Source: Carpediemonas membranifera BICM
Taxonomy: Eukaryota > Protista > Fornicata
Length of the DNA: 64,000 nucleotides
NCBI GenBank assembly: GCA_019828565.1
Contig: JAHDYR010000012.1
Location: forward strand, 1,233,680-1,297,679
Direction: 5' to 3'
In this document: in pieces, positions 45,658 to 54,899 of the stretch
Position numbering within the stretch: position 1 is the first letter of the stretch
Layout: each line of letters begins with the position of its first letter
Made by a program: the position numbers and the translations under genes
Notes under the pieces: model-generated
The model's input: only the letters and a program-made list of their open reading frames with translations
Databases searched by the model: none
Told to the model about the DNA's origin: nothing

Positions 45658-46197
45658 CTAACGGCGGCCATTGCCCCGGAACTTCCGCTTGTAGCGTGCG
45701 AAGAGGGGCGTGAGACCTGGGTTGAGGCGTAGGTAGTCATCCAGGGCGGCGAGGCGGTCGTAATATGCGTTATACGGAATGTACGAGTCCTCGGAGTCTT
45801 CTAGGCCTTCCCAGTGGACGAGGAGCTCGAGGCGTCGGTTGCGCTCGCGGTGGCCGACGATGGCGGAGACTTGTTGTTCGTCTTGTTCGTATGCGGCGAT
45901 GCGCTCGAGTGTCTTGAGGTCTGCTGTGCCTGGGTCGAAGCGAATGAGGCGGTCCTGGTGGACGAGCAGCTCGGACTTGGTGACGAGGTCACGGAGGACG
46001 AATGTGTTGGGGCTCTTCCCTTCCCTGAGGAGTTGTAGCGGGTCGCGGACTGGAGGCAGAATCTTGGATGGGGCCTTGTGAGGATATCTCAGGAGCACTA
46101 GGCGTTCGAGTTTCCAGTCGAAGTTGTCCGCCGGTTGGGTTTGTGAGGCCTTGTGACGCTCGTATGCGGCGATCTTCGCGCGGGCTGCGTCGTGCAT
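45658..46197 (-). pseudogene. Integrase C-terminus plus chromodomain of another gypsy element
   Basis: SKILPPVRDP, VHQDRL, IVGHR...LVHWEGL..SEDSY; PPT GAGGAGGGAAG (45630-45640) followed by TG. Confidence 0.8.
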
Positions 46198-46627
46198 GGC
46201 CTGTACCCTTAGTTCCCGGCCTAGGGCATACCATTCCCTTTCACAGTCGGGGCCTCACGATGCTTGTCGGCATTGCTGCCGGTCTCCGCTTAGCTTCCTT
46301 CCTCGCCGCATGGCAGGACCATTACCTAACGAGCTTAGGTGGGAGCGACAGTGGTTGTTGCCCCTCCCAAGGCTGGAGTTACAGCCTGCCGGACAGGCAG
46401 GGCTCTTTTTACCTTTTGGTAACCCTGCCCCCGGCCCCTGTGGGGCACAGGGGTTTGTTGAAAAAGAATGTGTTGCATTTTTGCTCCCGCCGGAATGGTT
46501 CGCCGGTGTCCATTTGGACTTTAAGGCCCTACTAGTCACAGCCTGGCCATACATGCTGGTTCATATATACACTTTTAGCTCAGACTTATATCACACTACC
46601 CTCTGCACCTCTTACTTATGATTGTTT

Positions 46628-48034
46628 CTACTCTCCTTCCTTCTCCTCGCCTCTCTTCCTTCTCAGGTCAGACCTGAAGTTATCCATCTTGGCTGCTAGG
46701 GTGAAGCTGAGGGCTTCGTTGGTTGCCGAGAGTCGGGCCGCGCGGCTGAGTAAGTCCTCGTTCTCTTCGGTTAGAGACGAGCACTTCTCCGTTGTCTCCC
46801 TGAGGTCCTTCCGCATCTCGTCCAACGCAGCTTGGGCTGCTCTCCGGGCTTCCCGTTCTTCCTCCAGCTCCTGGCTTTTGGCCTTGAGCTCGTTGATGGT
46901 TCTGGCTGCAGCTTCTTCCAGCTGTTGTCTGACCTCTGCTTCTCGCCGGGCCATGGCTTGGTCCAGCAGGGCCGCTATGCCTCTGCCCAGGTCGGTGTCC
47001 TCCTGTCGTGCTCTTTTTGGGCTGCAGGTCCTCTTGGTCCACCTGTCTGACCTGGCGGGTCTTGGCTGATGGGTTGGGGGGTATGGGGGGGCACAGCTCT
47101 TAGTTGGAGGGGGCCCGGGCTCTGTTCGCTCTGTCCTGCTACTTTGCGGTTGTTCAGTGACAATTTGCCCGCGTGGAGGGCCATATAGGCCCCCTATGCC
47201 GCCATTCGGCAGGTAGACCTCCGTCCTCCTGTGGAGCATCTTGGCGAGTTCAGTAGCCCTTCGTCTCACCTTTGTTCGAAGCGCCTGCTTCCTCTCGGTC
47301 CTCAGTCTGTTCTTGGCGTTAGTGCTGGCGCCTTCCGGGAAAACACAGTTCAGCGTGTCCCATGGCTTCCCCCCTTTTGGGTGTTCCACGCCTGAGCCCG
47401 CCAGGGCGAGTTTGCCTATCCAGGAGGCGCTCCTCAAGGTGCCCACTCGCCTCTTCCCTCTTTCTGCTGGTTCATCCGTGATACCCCAGTCCCGGGGGAG
47501 GAACGAGGGGAGGAAGTTGATGGAGCCTGTCTCCGGGTCGACACACATGTTGGCCAGGAGTTCTCGATCGTCGGCTGGGACCTCCGTGAAGTAGTTGAAG
47601 ATCTTCTTCCTGGCTTCTCTGCCCATGTGGCCTCCAGCTATGTCGAATTTGTGGACGGGCATCAAAGACGCCGCTTGGGATAGGGTCATCGTTTTGGTGT
47701 CGCTGACGTCTAGAGTAAGCATCTTTTCCGCGTCTATTTCCGTGGGCTCCCCCCTCAGGTTCGCCCAAGGGAAACCGTCTTGGACAGCGCGGCGGCGCCC
47801 GTTCCACTCCGAGTGGATTTCCAGGAGGATGGGTCGCGCTGGTTCGCCTACTCTCGCGAGCGATTCTGGGTTTCCGATGATCACGGCTGTTCCTTCCAGG
47901 GCTCTGGTGATACCCTTTCCGGAGCTGAAATCGTTTTCCTCCCAGTTGGTCATGATAATCTGGCCCCGTTTGGGGTTCTTGGTGCCAAAGAGGTTGACTT
48001 GTTGGGACAATGGGGTTAGGCGACCGGCCGCCAC
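46628..48034 (-). CDS. Hypothetical protein, possibly a degenerate SF1-helicase C-terminal domain plus coiled coil
   Basis: ITRA...VIIGN and an upstream in-frame SPY; no ATG at the 5' end, so possibly a frameshifted continuation of 48087-48947. Confidence 0.45.
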   Translation of the reverse strand: MAAGRLTPLSQQVNLFGTKNPKRGQIIMTNWEENDFSSGKGITRALEGTAVIIGNPESLARVGEPARPILLEIHSEWNGRRRAVQDGFPWANLRGEPTEIDAEKMLTLDVSDTKTMTLSQAASLMPVHKFDIAGGHMGREARKKIFNYFTEVPADDRELLANMCVDPETGSINFLPSFLPRDWGITDEPAERGKRRVGTLRSASWIGKLALAGSGVEHPKGGKPWDTLNCVFPEGASTNAKNRLRTERKQALRTKVRRRATELAKMLHRRTEVYLPNGGIGGLYGPPRGQIVTEQPQSSRTERTEPGPPPTKSCAPPYPPTHQPRPARSDRWTKRTCSPKRARQEDTDLGRGIAALLDQAMARREAEVRQQLEEAAARTINELKAKSQELEEEREARRAAQAALDEMRKDLRETTEKCSSLTEENEDLLSRAARLSATNEALSFTLAAKMDNFRSDLRRKRGEEKEGE

Positions 48035-48086
48035 GGTGCCGAGGCCGTGTCTGGCGTTGACTTTGGTCGCCAGGTCCTTGTATTCA

Positions 48087-48947
48087 TCATGGTACGGCGA
48101 CTCCCCTGCCCATGAGCATGCTTCCTAGGGCTGTGAGGTGGGCTTCTACCTGCCCCCAGTCCCAGCCTGGGTTGTCTCTCATCCAGAACGCTGTTGCTAG
48201 TCTGGCGTAGAATATGGAGACATCTGCTAGGGCGCAGTGGCAGTGGTGGGGTGCGTGCTTGTGATAGGGGCACACCAATTTTGCCTCCGGGCGCTGTTGG
48301 TACCTTCTGGTCCAGGTCCGGCCCAGTTCGGACTGGGGTCGGGAGGGGAGGCCGGTGAGGCTCTTCTCCCCACTATTGGGGTAGAACCAGGTCAGCGTGT
48401 CGAGGATGTTGGGGAAGATCGTGTTGAGGTCAGTTTCATCCATGAGGCGTAAGCTTAGCCAGGTGCGGAGGTTCCCGTCTGGGACGAACTTCTCACTGGT
48501 CAGGATGCTTCTCTCAGCCTCGACTCCCTTAGCCACGATGTGGACGTGGGTCTTCTGTGGCCCCGAGTCGTCTTCCAGTCTCTTCAGCTCTGTAGCCATC
48601 TCGGTGCACCATCGCTTGGCGTGGGGGAAGTCTGCTTCGTATCCCTTGGGGGCTTTGCCCGTGGTGACGACGACAAACGTAGCTGGTGGGCAGCCATGGA
48701 TGTAGTGCGTGGCCCACAGACATTGGTCCAGGGCATCCACTGTGATGTCTTCCCCAAGCATCCCGTGCATGTAGTAGAGGATTTGCTCGTTAGCTGGGTC
48801 GAAAATCAGTGCCGCCCCTTCGCAAATGATGGCCTCGTCTCCTTGGTTGGATCTGGCTCTTCCTTCCTCAAAGTCCACCATAGCGATCAACTGCCTGGTG
48901 GTGTTGGCTCGTTGGGTGATATTGGAACGAGGCGGGCTAGCTCCCAT
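48087..48947 (-). CDS. DEDDh exonuclease of Maelstrom/arenavirus-NP-like type
   Basis: VDFE, ICE, YIHG, AKGVEAE, CPYH and HCALAD in the expected order. Confidence 0.6.
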   Translation of the reverse strand: MGASPPRSNITQRANTTRQLIAMVDFEEGRARSNQGDEAIICEGAALIFDPANEQILYYMHGMLGEDITVDALDQCLWATHYIHGCPPATFVVVTTGKAPKGYEADFPHAKRWCTEMATELKRLEDDSGPQKTHVHIVAKGVEAERSILTSEKFVPDGNLRTWLSLRLMDETDLNTIFPNILDTLTWFYPNSGEKSLTGLPSRPQSELGRTWTRRYQQRPEAKLVCPYHKHAPHHCHCALADVSIFYARLATAFWMRDNPGWDWGQVEAHLTALGSMLMGRGVAVP

Positions 48948-48990
48948 GCTGCATACTGTCCAGGGTTCAGGAATTTCCCTTATTGGGTAG

Positions 48991-49026
48991 GGGAATTTCC
49001 TCGGGGGAAAGCCCGAGGAAATTCCC
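48991..49026. repeat. Perfect 15-bp stem hairpin
   Basis: GGGAATTTCCTCGGG-GGAAAG-CCCGAGGAAATTCCC. Confidence 0.9.
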
Positions 49027-49391
49027 TAGCATTTCGACTCGGTAAGAAAAAAAATAAATCAACAACGAGCTGTATTCATAATCTATAAATGAGGTTGAAT
49101 ACATGCCTACACATGAGGACTACTCATGCGTAGTTTTGAGCTTTAAATCCTGCTAGAAAAAAGTAACATAGGGACAATTATTCCTTGGGAGTTCAGACTC
49201 AAAAATCGGGCTGGGGGGAGGAAATGGTCCATAAGTACGCCTTATGGGTCGCTTCCTCCTCTCTGCCCTTTTTTAATCGCAAAATCGATTTGCCAGATTT
49301 GACACATGTTCGAGGTGAGTCTTAGATTACTCAAAATGGCCTCCTGATTCAGCAGATAGACTCAAAATTTCACAATTCGTACTCAAAACCA

Positions 49392-49468
49392 ATTTCAACA
49401 GACGTCTGTTGCAAAATCTGCCAAAAACGCACTTTAAAGTCATTTTTGCAACAGACGTCTGTGGAAAT
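49392..49468. repeat. 25-bp inverted repeat (1 mismatch) with palindromic arms
   Basis: ATTTCAACAGACGTCTGTTGCAAAA / TTTTGCAACAGACGTCTGTGGAAAT. Confidence 0.9.
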
Positions 49469-50720
49469 GGTCTTTAAGCTCTCCGCTGCCGATTTGACGC
49501 AACTACACAAGACTAACTACAGTAATACGTACATTGCCGACATTAGCGGGGTCAAAACTGTCGTCAAGGTCGATAACTGTATGACACTTCGCCTGACACA
49601 CGAAAAGACGATACTTCAGGCAATGAAAAGCCCATTTATTGTTACAATCGTCGATGTGGGCTTTGTTGACAGCGATCAAGCGTTTGCCACTCGCTTTGTT
49701 GACCATATGTCGTGGCGAGACGTTCTGGCACTACCAGTACCGGATCAATGTCGCTACTTGCGGCACTTACTGTTAGCTCTCAGCCATGTGCATGAGAATG
49801 GATTCATCCACGGCGACATCAAGCCCGACAACTACCTTTTCAACCGAGAAGACGGTGGATTACTCATTGACTTCGGCTCTGCCATCAAAATAGAGGCTCC
49901 TACTGGGATTAACAGGTATATGGGACAAGACATGAGAGGGACACCTGGTTTTATCCCCCCCGAGCTTCGTGCCGACGAACTCAGTCGGAAATCGAAGCAT
50001 TGTACAGTAGCTATGCGGGAACCACAGAATTTGAACCCCTTCCAGGCTTCCAGGAACACCACAACCAGAAACACCAACATGCACACAGTTGATGCGGCAT
50101 ACGACATCTTTTCCTGCGGCGTTATCGTCCTCATGATGGCATTGCGACTGGATAAGTCTCCATTTCGATCTGTGAGAGTGGATGGTGGCAAGCCAAGTAA
50201 CCCAGACGAGCATATTGGCGCTCTATATAACATGGCGTACTTCTACGGCCGCGAAATCACGATACACAGCAAGAAGAAGAATGCAGCCCGTGGTTTGATG
50301 ATCAATCCGACTCTCTGCACGAGAGGAAGCCCTCCGACACAGTATAGGAGCCTTTATGACCTTGCAATGGGGATGCTCAGCTATAATCCGGAGGATAGAC
50401 CAACAGCTTTGATGTGCGCTGAACATCTCAACGATATCGCCGCCCTAGCAGCAACGTTCGCATCAACACCACTGATGATCAACGACCAGGTGACAATCTC
50501 TCAGGAAACGCTCGCTGCCGCCAAACTCACCGTTGAAGCACTTCGAGAAACCCGATTTGCTGGCCGATGCATTGCATGTGGCATGCCGGTTCACGATAAT
50601 CGAACAATAACTTGCAAGACACACCACCAAGATTACAGAAGCATCATGAACCCCCACACAAAGAGAAGAGGACGAGTTTGGAGGGTTCATCGTGATCTAT
50701 CATTGATTATTGATATGTAA
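49467..50720 (+). CDS. Cdc7-like Ser/Thr protein kinase with C-terminal Cys/His finger
   Basis: VVK, YLRHLLLALSHVH, HGDIKPDNYLF, DFG, RGTPGFIPPE, DIFSCG, RPTA; CIAC...CKTHH tail. Confidence 0.85.
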   Translation: MVFKLSAADLTQLHKTNYSNTYIADISGVKTVVKVDNCMTLRLTHEKTILQAMKSPFIVTIVDVGFVDSDQAFATRFVDHMSWRDVLALPVPDQCRYLRHLLLALSHVHENGFIHGDIKPDNYLFNREDGGLLIDFGSAIKIEAPTGINRYMGQDMRGTPGFIPPELRADELSRKSKHCTVAMREPQNLNPFQASRNTTTRNTNMHTVDAAYDIFSCGVIVLMMALRLDKSPFRSVRVDGGKPSNPDEHIGALYNMAYFYGREITIHSKKKNAARGLMINPTLCTRGSPPTQYRSLYDLAMGMLSYNPEDRPTALMCAEHLNDIAALAATFASTPLMINDQVTISQETLAAAKLTVEALRETRFAGRCIACGMPVHDNRTITCKTHHQDYRSIMNPHTKRRGRVWRVHRDLSLIIDM

Positions 50721-50834
50721 CCGCCCAGTATCGAATCACCTCACTACCATGGGATGATCGCATTCACCTTCAAAGAAAGAGATGAGGCCGCATACTCGAC
50801 CAGATATAAAGGAGATATGCTGCAGCCTTGAAAA

Positions 50835-50854
50835 GAAAGAAAGAAAGAAAGAAA
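50835..50854 (+). repeat. (GAAA)5 microsatellite
   Basis: Read directly from the sequence. Confidence 0.85.
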
Positions 50855-51167
50855 TTTATGGTGCTTGGATTCTGACCCCGGACTGAGCTTGTTTCCCGTG
50901 CTGCAGCCTTGCGCTGGCTTTATAGACAATACCCAGTTGTTTACACTAAAACCGAAAAATCAGTCCAGTAGACGCTCGAATCGAACTGGAGTGGGGTGGC
51001 TGTGATACAGTGTTCGTTCCTGTAGTACCCAGGCAGAAGACCCGACCGGACGATATGGCCTGGAACTCTACCGGCAAAAAGCAGCTGGCGGCCGCTGAGG
51101 AATATGTGGAAGGCGCTTCCAGAATGATCTTTACACTACTTTCTTTGCTTCTATCTTGTACTTACTG

Positions 51168-51845
51168 TTAATCACTCTCATCATCTTTTTGTCTACTTGT
51201 GGATGACGGAGCGCCTTCCTGTATTTGCGCTTTTCTTTTGATACCCTCTGGGAGACTGACAAGTTCCGCATGGTCGTCCTGGAGCAGAATAAAGTGGGTA
51301 ATGCCATGTCTGGAACAGAACACCTGGAAATTCTCACAACGATCAGCAGCTGAGTCGCCAGAAGGGTACAAACCCCAAAACTGGTGACCATGTGTGAACA
51401 ATATCACTGTAGAATTATTACCGTTGTTGCACACCATGATGACATTACGCATGTAGATCATGGAAAACTCTCGCACAGCATCATCGGTAAGCCAGCCCAT
51501 CTTGGAAAACAGTTCTGCCTTAGCGGAATCCTCCGTCAGAGCCGTCCGCTTCACCCGGCTTTCCACCAGCTCGGCACGCAAAGCCATGGCTGCCTCAAGA
51601 TCTGTTCTGTGGGTCAGGGTGGTCATATCCCGGAAATGGCCGTCCCTAATCATGCAACAGCAGTGCGCAACACAGCTGCCATCACGGTGTGTCGAGTATT
51701 TCCTCCATGACTTCAACCCATTCACAATTTCCTCAACGAAGGACTGTGGCTGACCGCTGGTGCCGATTGGAATCTCTTTCTTCTCAATCATATTGTTGAT
51801 GTGAGACTCAATGGCCACAGATGACTCGTGTTCAGACTTGATCAA
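51168..51845 (-). CDS. Hypothetical protein, possibly the C-terminal continuation of the upstream protease-like gene
   Basis: 225-codon frame that stays open into the end of the upstream ORF. Confidence 0.45.
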   Translation of the reverse strand: MIKSEHESSVAIESHINNMIEKKEIPIGTSGQPQSFVEEIVNGLKSWRKYSTHRDGSCVAHCCCMIRDGHFRDMTTLTHRTDLEAAMALRAELVESRVKRTALTEDSAKAELFSKMGWLTDDAVREFSMIYMRNVIMVCNNGNNSTVILFTHGHQFWGLYPSGDSAADRCENFQVFCSRHGITHFILLQDDHAELVSLPEGIKRKAQIQEGAPSSTSRQKDDESD

Positions 51846-52847
51846 GAGCAGAGAGCGAAAGTCGACGATCTTAGCAGTGGAATCGAAGTTCGGGTACGCA
51901 GGCCGGTAACCTTGTTAAGCAAAGGATAACAACGCGGCGGGAGTCTTGCGTCTTCCTCCGATACGATCTTCGCTTTTGCACAACCGTCAGGTCTTGCGAT
52001 AATGACTCTTCGCTTCATGTACGAGAGCTTGGACATCCAGAACCAGAATTGCGCGATCTCATGGAGGTGATCTGGCTGAGTCATGATTCTGATGAGCCAC
52101 GTGGCGTCATGGGCGGCAAGTTCGACGGCGGGTAGCTCATCTGGTGTCAAAAGCACCACACACCGTTGCATTGTGAACTTGAACTTGCCAGAATACAACT
52201 GAAAGATCGGCCGTGGGTCACGGGCGGAAGACTGGCAGGCGGCAACATACACACCCATGATTCGGGCGAACTTGCAGACATGACTCTCATAATTCTTCAG
52301 AATTGCCTCGATGAAGTCGAAGGCAGTTGTCCAGATGGCTGGTATCGTGCGGGCATCGACCACAAACCGACCATCAGAGTCCGAGTGACCAGTGATAATG
52401 AAAAAAAGTCTCATAGTCACCATACAGCTTGCCGAATTCCTTGATTTTCGCCTCAAAATCGTCCTCGTTCTCGAACTGGGCCGTCTCGATAACCGTATAC
52501 TCGCTATGCATTGCCGCAAAGATCTGACGAATGCGTTCTGCGTGCCCTCCAATGGAGACAGATTCATCAATCGAAAACTGCCTGCTATCTCCAGCAACGA
52601 ACCCATAGGTTGGCTCGAACACGATGAGGACACGTGTATTCTTCAGCGCCAGTGCAGTACGCGTGCACTTGTGACGTCGGGATGGCGAGGGAAAACCGAC
52701 GTTGCGTGTTTCGCTACTGATGTCCCCACAGACACATTCAAACAGCTTTGATCCATCCAGATATCGATTTCTCCACCCCATTGCATTGAAAAATGTCTGA
52801 TCGTCGTTCATGACGCCAATGCCAAATTGAGGGTGAGAAAATGGCAT
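51842..52847 (-). CDS. Caspase/CHAT-fold cysteine protease-like protein, split by a 1-nt homopolymer indel at 52401-52407
   Basis: Joined product reads YETFFIITGHS...VYVAACQS, a His/Cys dyad after hydrophobic strands. Confidence 0.45.
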
Positions 52848-52908
52848 CGCACTTTAAAGCAGCTTTATGTGAGAAATGTATTGCATATAATTCTGCATTC
52901 AGAAGACG

Positions 52909-53766
52909 ATGGCTAGAACAAAGCAAACGGCTCGCCGGCCTACGCAAGGTGGAAAGGCGCCTCGCAAGCAGTTAGCAGCGATAGCTGCGCGGAGAGCGAA
53001 TACTTCGTCGTACCGCACCTACAAGCCGTTGTCTCAGGCCGCGTTGGAGAATTGCACGGCAGTCCTGCAAAAGGCTGATGCTGATATCCAAGAAACTATT
53101 CTGTCGTGCATCAAGAAGACGGAGGCGCACAACTTCAAGCAGATGGTCAAGAATTCAACACGAGCTGGTTTCCGACTTGCATTCAACACTGAGTCCGAGT
53201 CTGTCCACATGAACCCATCGAGGAAGGACGAGGTGGCAGCGCGGGCAGAAGCTGCTTACCAATCAGCGCTGCATGCCTTCCGCAGCGTTGACCCTGAGAC
53301 TGCTGCGACAGAAGATATGAAGACACTGCTTGACACCTTAGCGGTTGCTCTTGACGCAACGCCAGATGTGCCACATGCTCGCCTGGATCCTGAAGAACAG
53401 CGTCGGTTCCTGAAGCTGAAGGATACGAAGAAATTCTCCAAGTACTGCCTTCCTCGCAGTGACGAGAAGTTTTTCTCGACCAATCTTCGCGCTGCCTTGC
53501 GCGAACACCTGGCGAAGGTGTTTCCAAACCTCCCTTGGAACAAGATTGTCTCCTGCTTCTCCCCTGAAGCGATCAATGCTGATTTCTTTATCCTGTCCAC
53601 GAGCAATGCCACCTACGACGAAGCTTGCCTGACAATGCCGTCTGATGAGAGAAAGAAGCTTCGCAACCATCTTTCCATGACTGAAGAACGGCAGATTGCT
53701 CGTCAAGAGATGGAGGTTGAGATTTACCAGTTTTTAAGAGAGCTCGGTATGTTCTCTACAGTGTAA
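52909..53766 (+). CDS. Histone H3 N-terminal tail fused to an unknown non-histone domain
   Basis: [29 protein letters not shown] start; no H3 histone-fold motifs follow; intact 285-aa ORF. Confidence 0.85.
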   Translation: [285 protein letters not shown]

Positions 53767-53971
53767 AAGATGCAATTGTTGACCATTGACTCGATCAGCG
53801 CGCCTCTAAACCCCACTATTCGAAGGCGTCTCTGCGGGCTGAAGAGACATAAAGGTTAAAAACAGTTTAAGGAACTCGTCCAACGTCTTCGCATTGTGCG
53901 TCATGGCCACCTTGTCCTTCTTCGTCAACCTCGATTTGGTACCCTTTCTCTTCACAGTCGTCTTCTTCTTC

Positions 53972-54703
53972 TTAGAAGGCTCCCAGCTCCCATTGGCGCA
54001 TGCTTTTTCTTAGCTTCTTCTGCTCTAATCTGTACTTCTCCTCCTCCGTCATGTCTGCTTCCTTTTTCTTTGCCTTCGCCTTCTTCTTCGACTTCATTAC
54101 ATCTAACTTCTTCGCCTTCTCTGCATCCTCCTGGACCACGCGAGAAATTGAGTGCTTCACGTCCTTCGGTACATCACGATTCCTCGCATGCTTAACCACG
54201 ACAAAGACATTATCGTCAGTGCCGCCACCTTCAAGGATGACCTTGTCCTTTGGGATCTTGCTGGTGGCAACCAAGAAGCAGATCGGCTTCTTATCCACCT
54301 TGAATAGGGCAAACCTGCAGTTGCCAGCAGCCGAATGATGGCAAAGCTTGTTGACGCATGCTTCATCAGGAGTCATGAGGTGCAGCTGTGACGATAGCTG
54401 AATCCGAGAAGGCTGATCGCTAAGAACACCCTTGGCAATCCCGAGCACTTCTCCCTCATCAACATCGCCAGCCGTGACCAAACCATACATCATGTCATCG
54501 CCCTTTGACACCATGCATGTGCTGCACTTCAGAGAAATGAGCGATTGGCCGTCAAGCTCGACAATTTGGTCATCATCGAAAGGCAAGGCGTCTATCTTCA
54601 TCGCGGCTTCGCCCATGTCCGCCCAATTTGCATAGACACGACGCGCAAGCTCTTCCGGAAAGCAATCGCAGCAAAAGTTGACAGTTCCACTTTCTTGCTG
54701 CAT
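53972..54703 (-). CDS. Divergent SET-domain protein with Lys-rich tail
   Basis: YGLVTAGDVDEGEVLGIAKG, KLCHHSAAGNC (cf. RFINHSCxPN), FLVATSKI; ELxxDY is absent; may extend to ~53806 across a homopolymer indel. Confidence 0.6.
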   Translation of the reverse strand: MQQESGTVNFCCDCFPEELARRVYANWADMGEAAMKIDALPFDDDQIVELDGQSLISLKCSTCMVSKGDDMMYGLVTAGDVDEGEVLGIAKGVLSDQPSRIQLSSQLHLMTPDEACVNKLCHHSAAGNCRFALFKVDKKPICFLVATSKIPKDKVILEGGGTDDNVFVVVKHARNRDVPKDVKHSISRVVQEDAEKAKKLDVMKSKKKAKAKKKEADMTEEEKYRLEQKKLRKSMRQWELGAF

Positions 54704-54899
54704 TCTACGCAGTTTATACCAGCAGTTTATACGCAGCAATGACACAGCACCAAGAGCGTGGCACACAACCCTTCAATGACCCATGTAAGGTTGGGTGGGT
54801 CTTATGTCAGGCTGTTTCTTTTCAATCATTTCAATCATATCCTGCACAGACTTCGTTGATGAAGAAGTTCTGCTATGACGAAGCCGGCTTGTCGCGACG

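Noticed and set aside
48991-49029. Helitron 3' end (hairpin plus CTAG)
   Set aside because: CTAG abuts the stem with no spacer and no RepHel ORF is visible.
52909-53766. Calling this gene histone H3 or CenH3
   Set aside because: No histone-fold motifs are recognisable after the tail.
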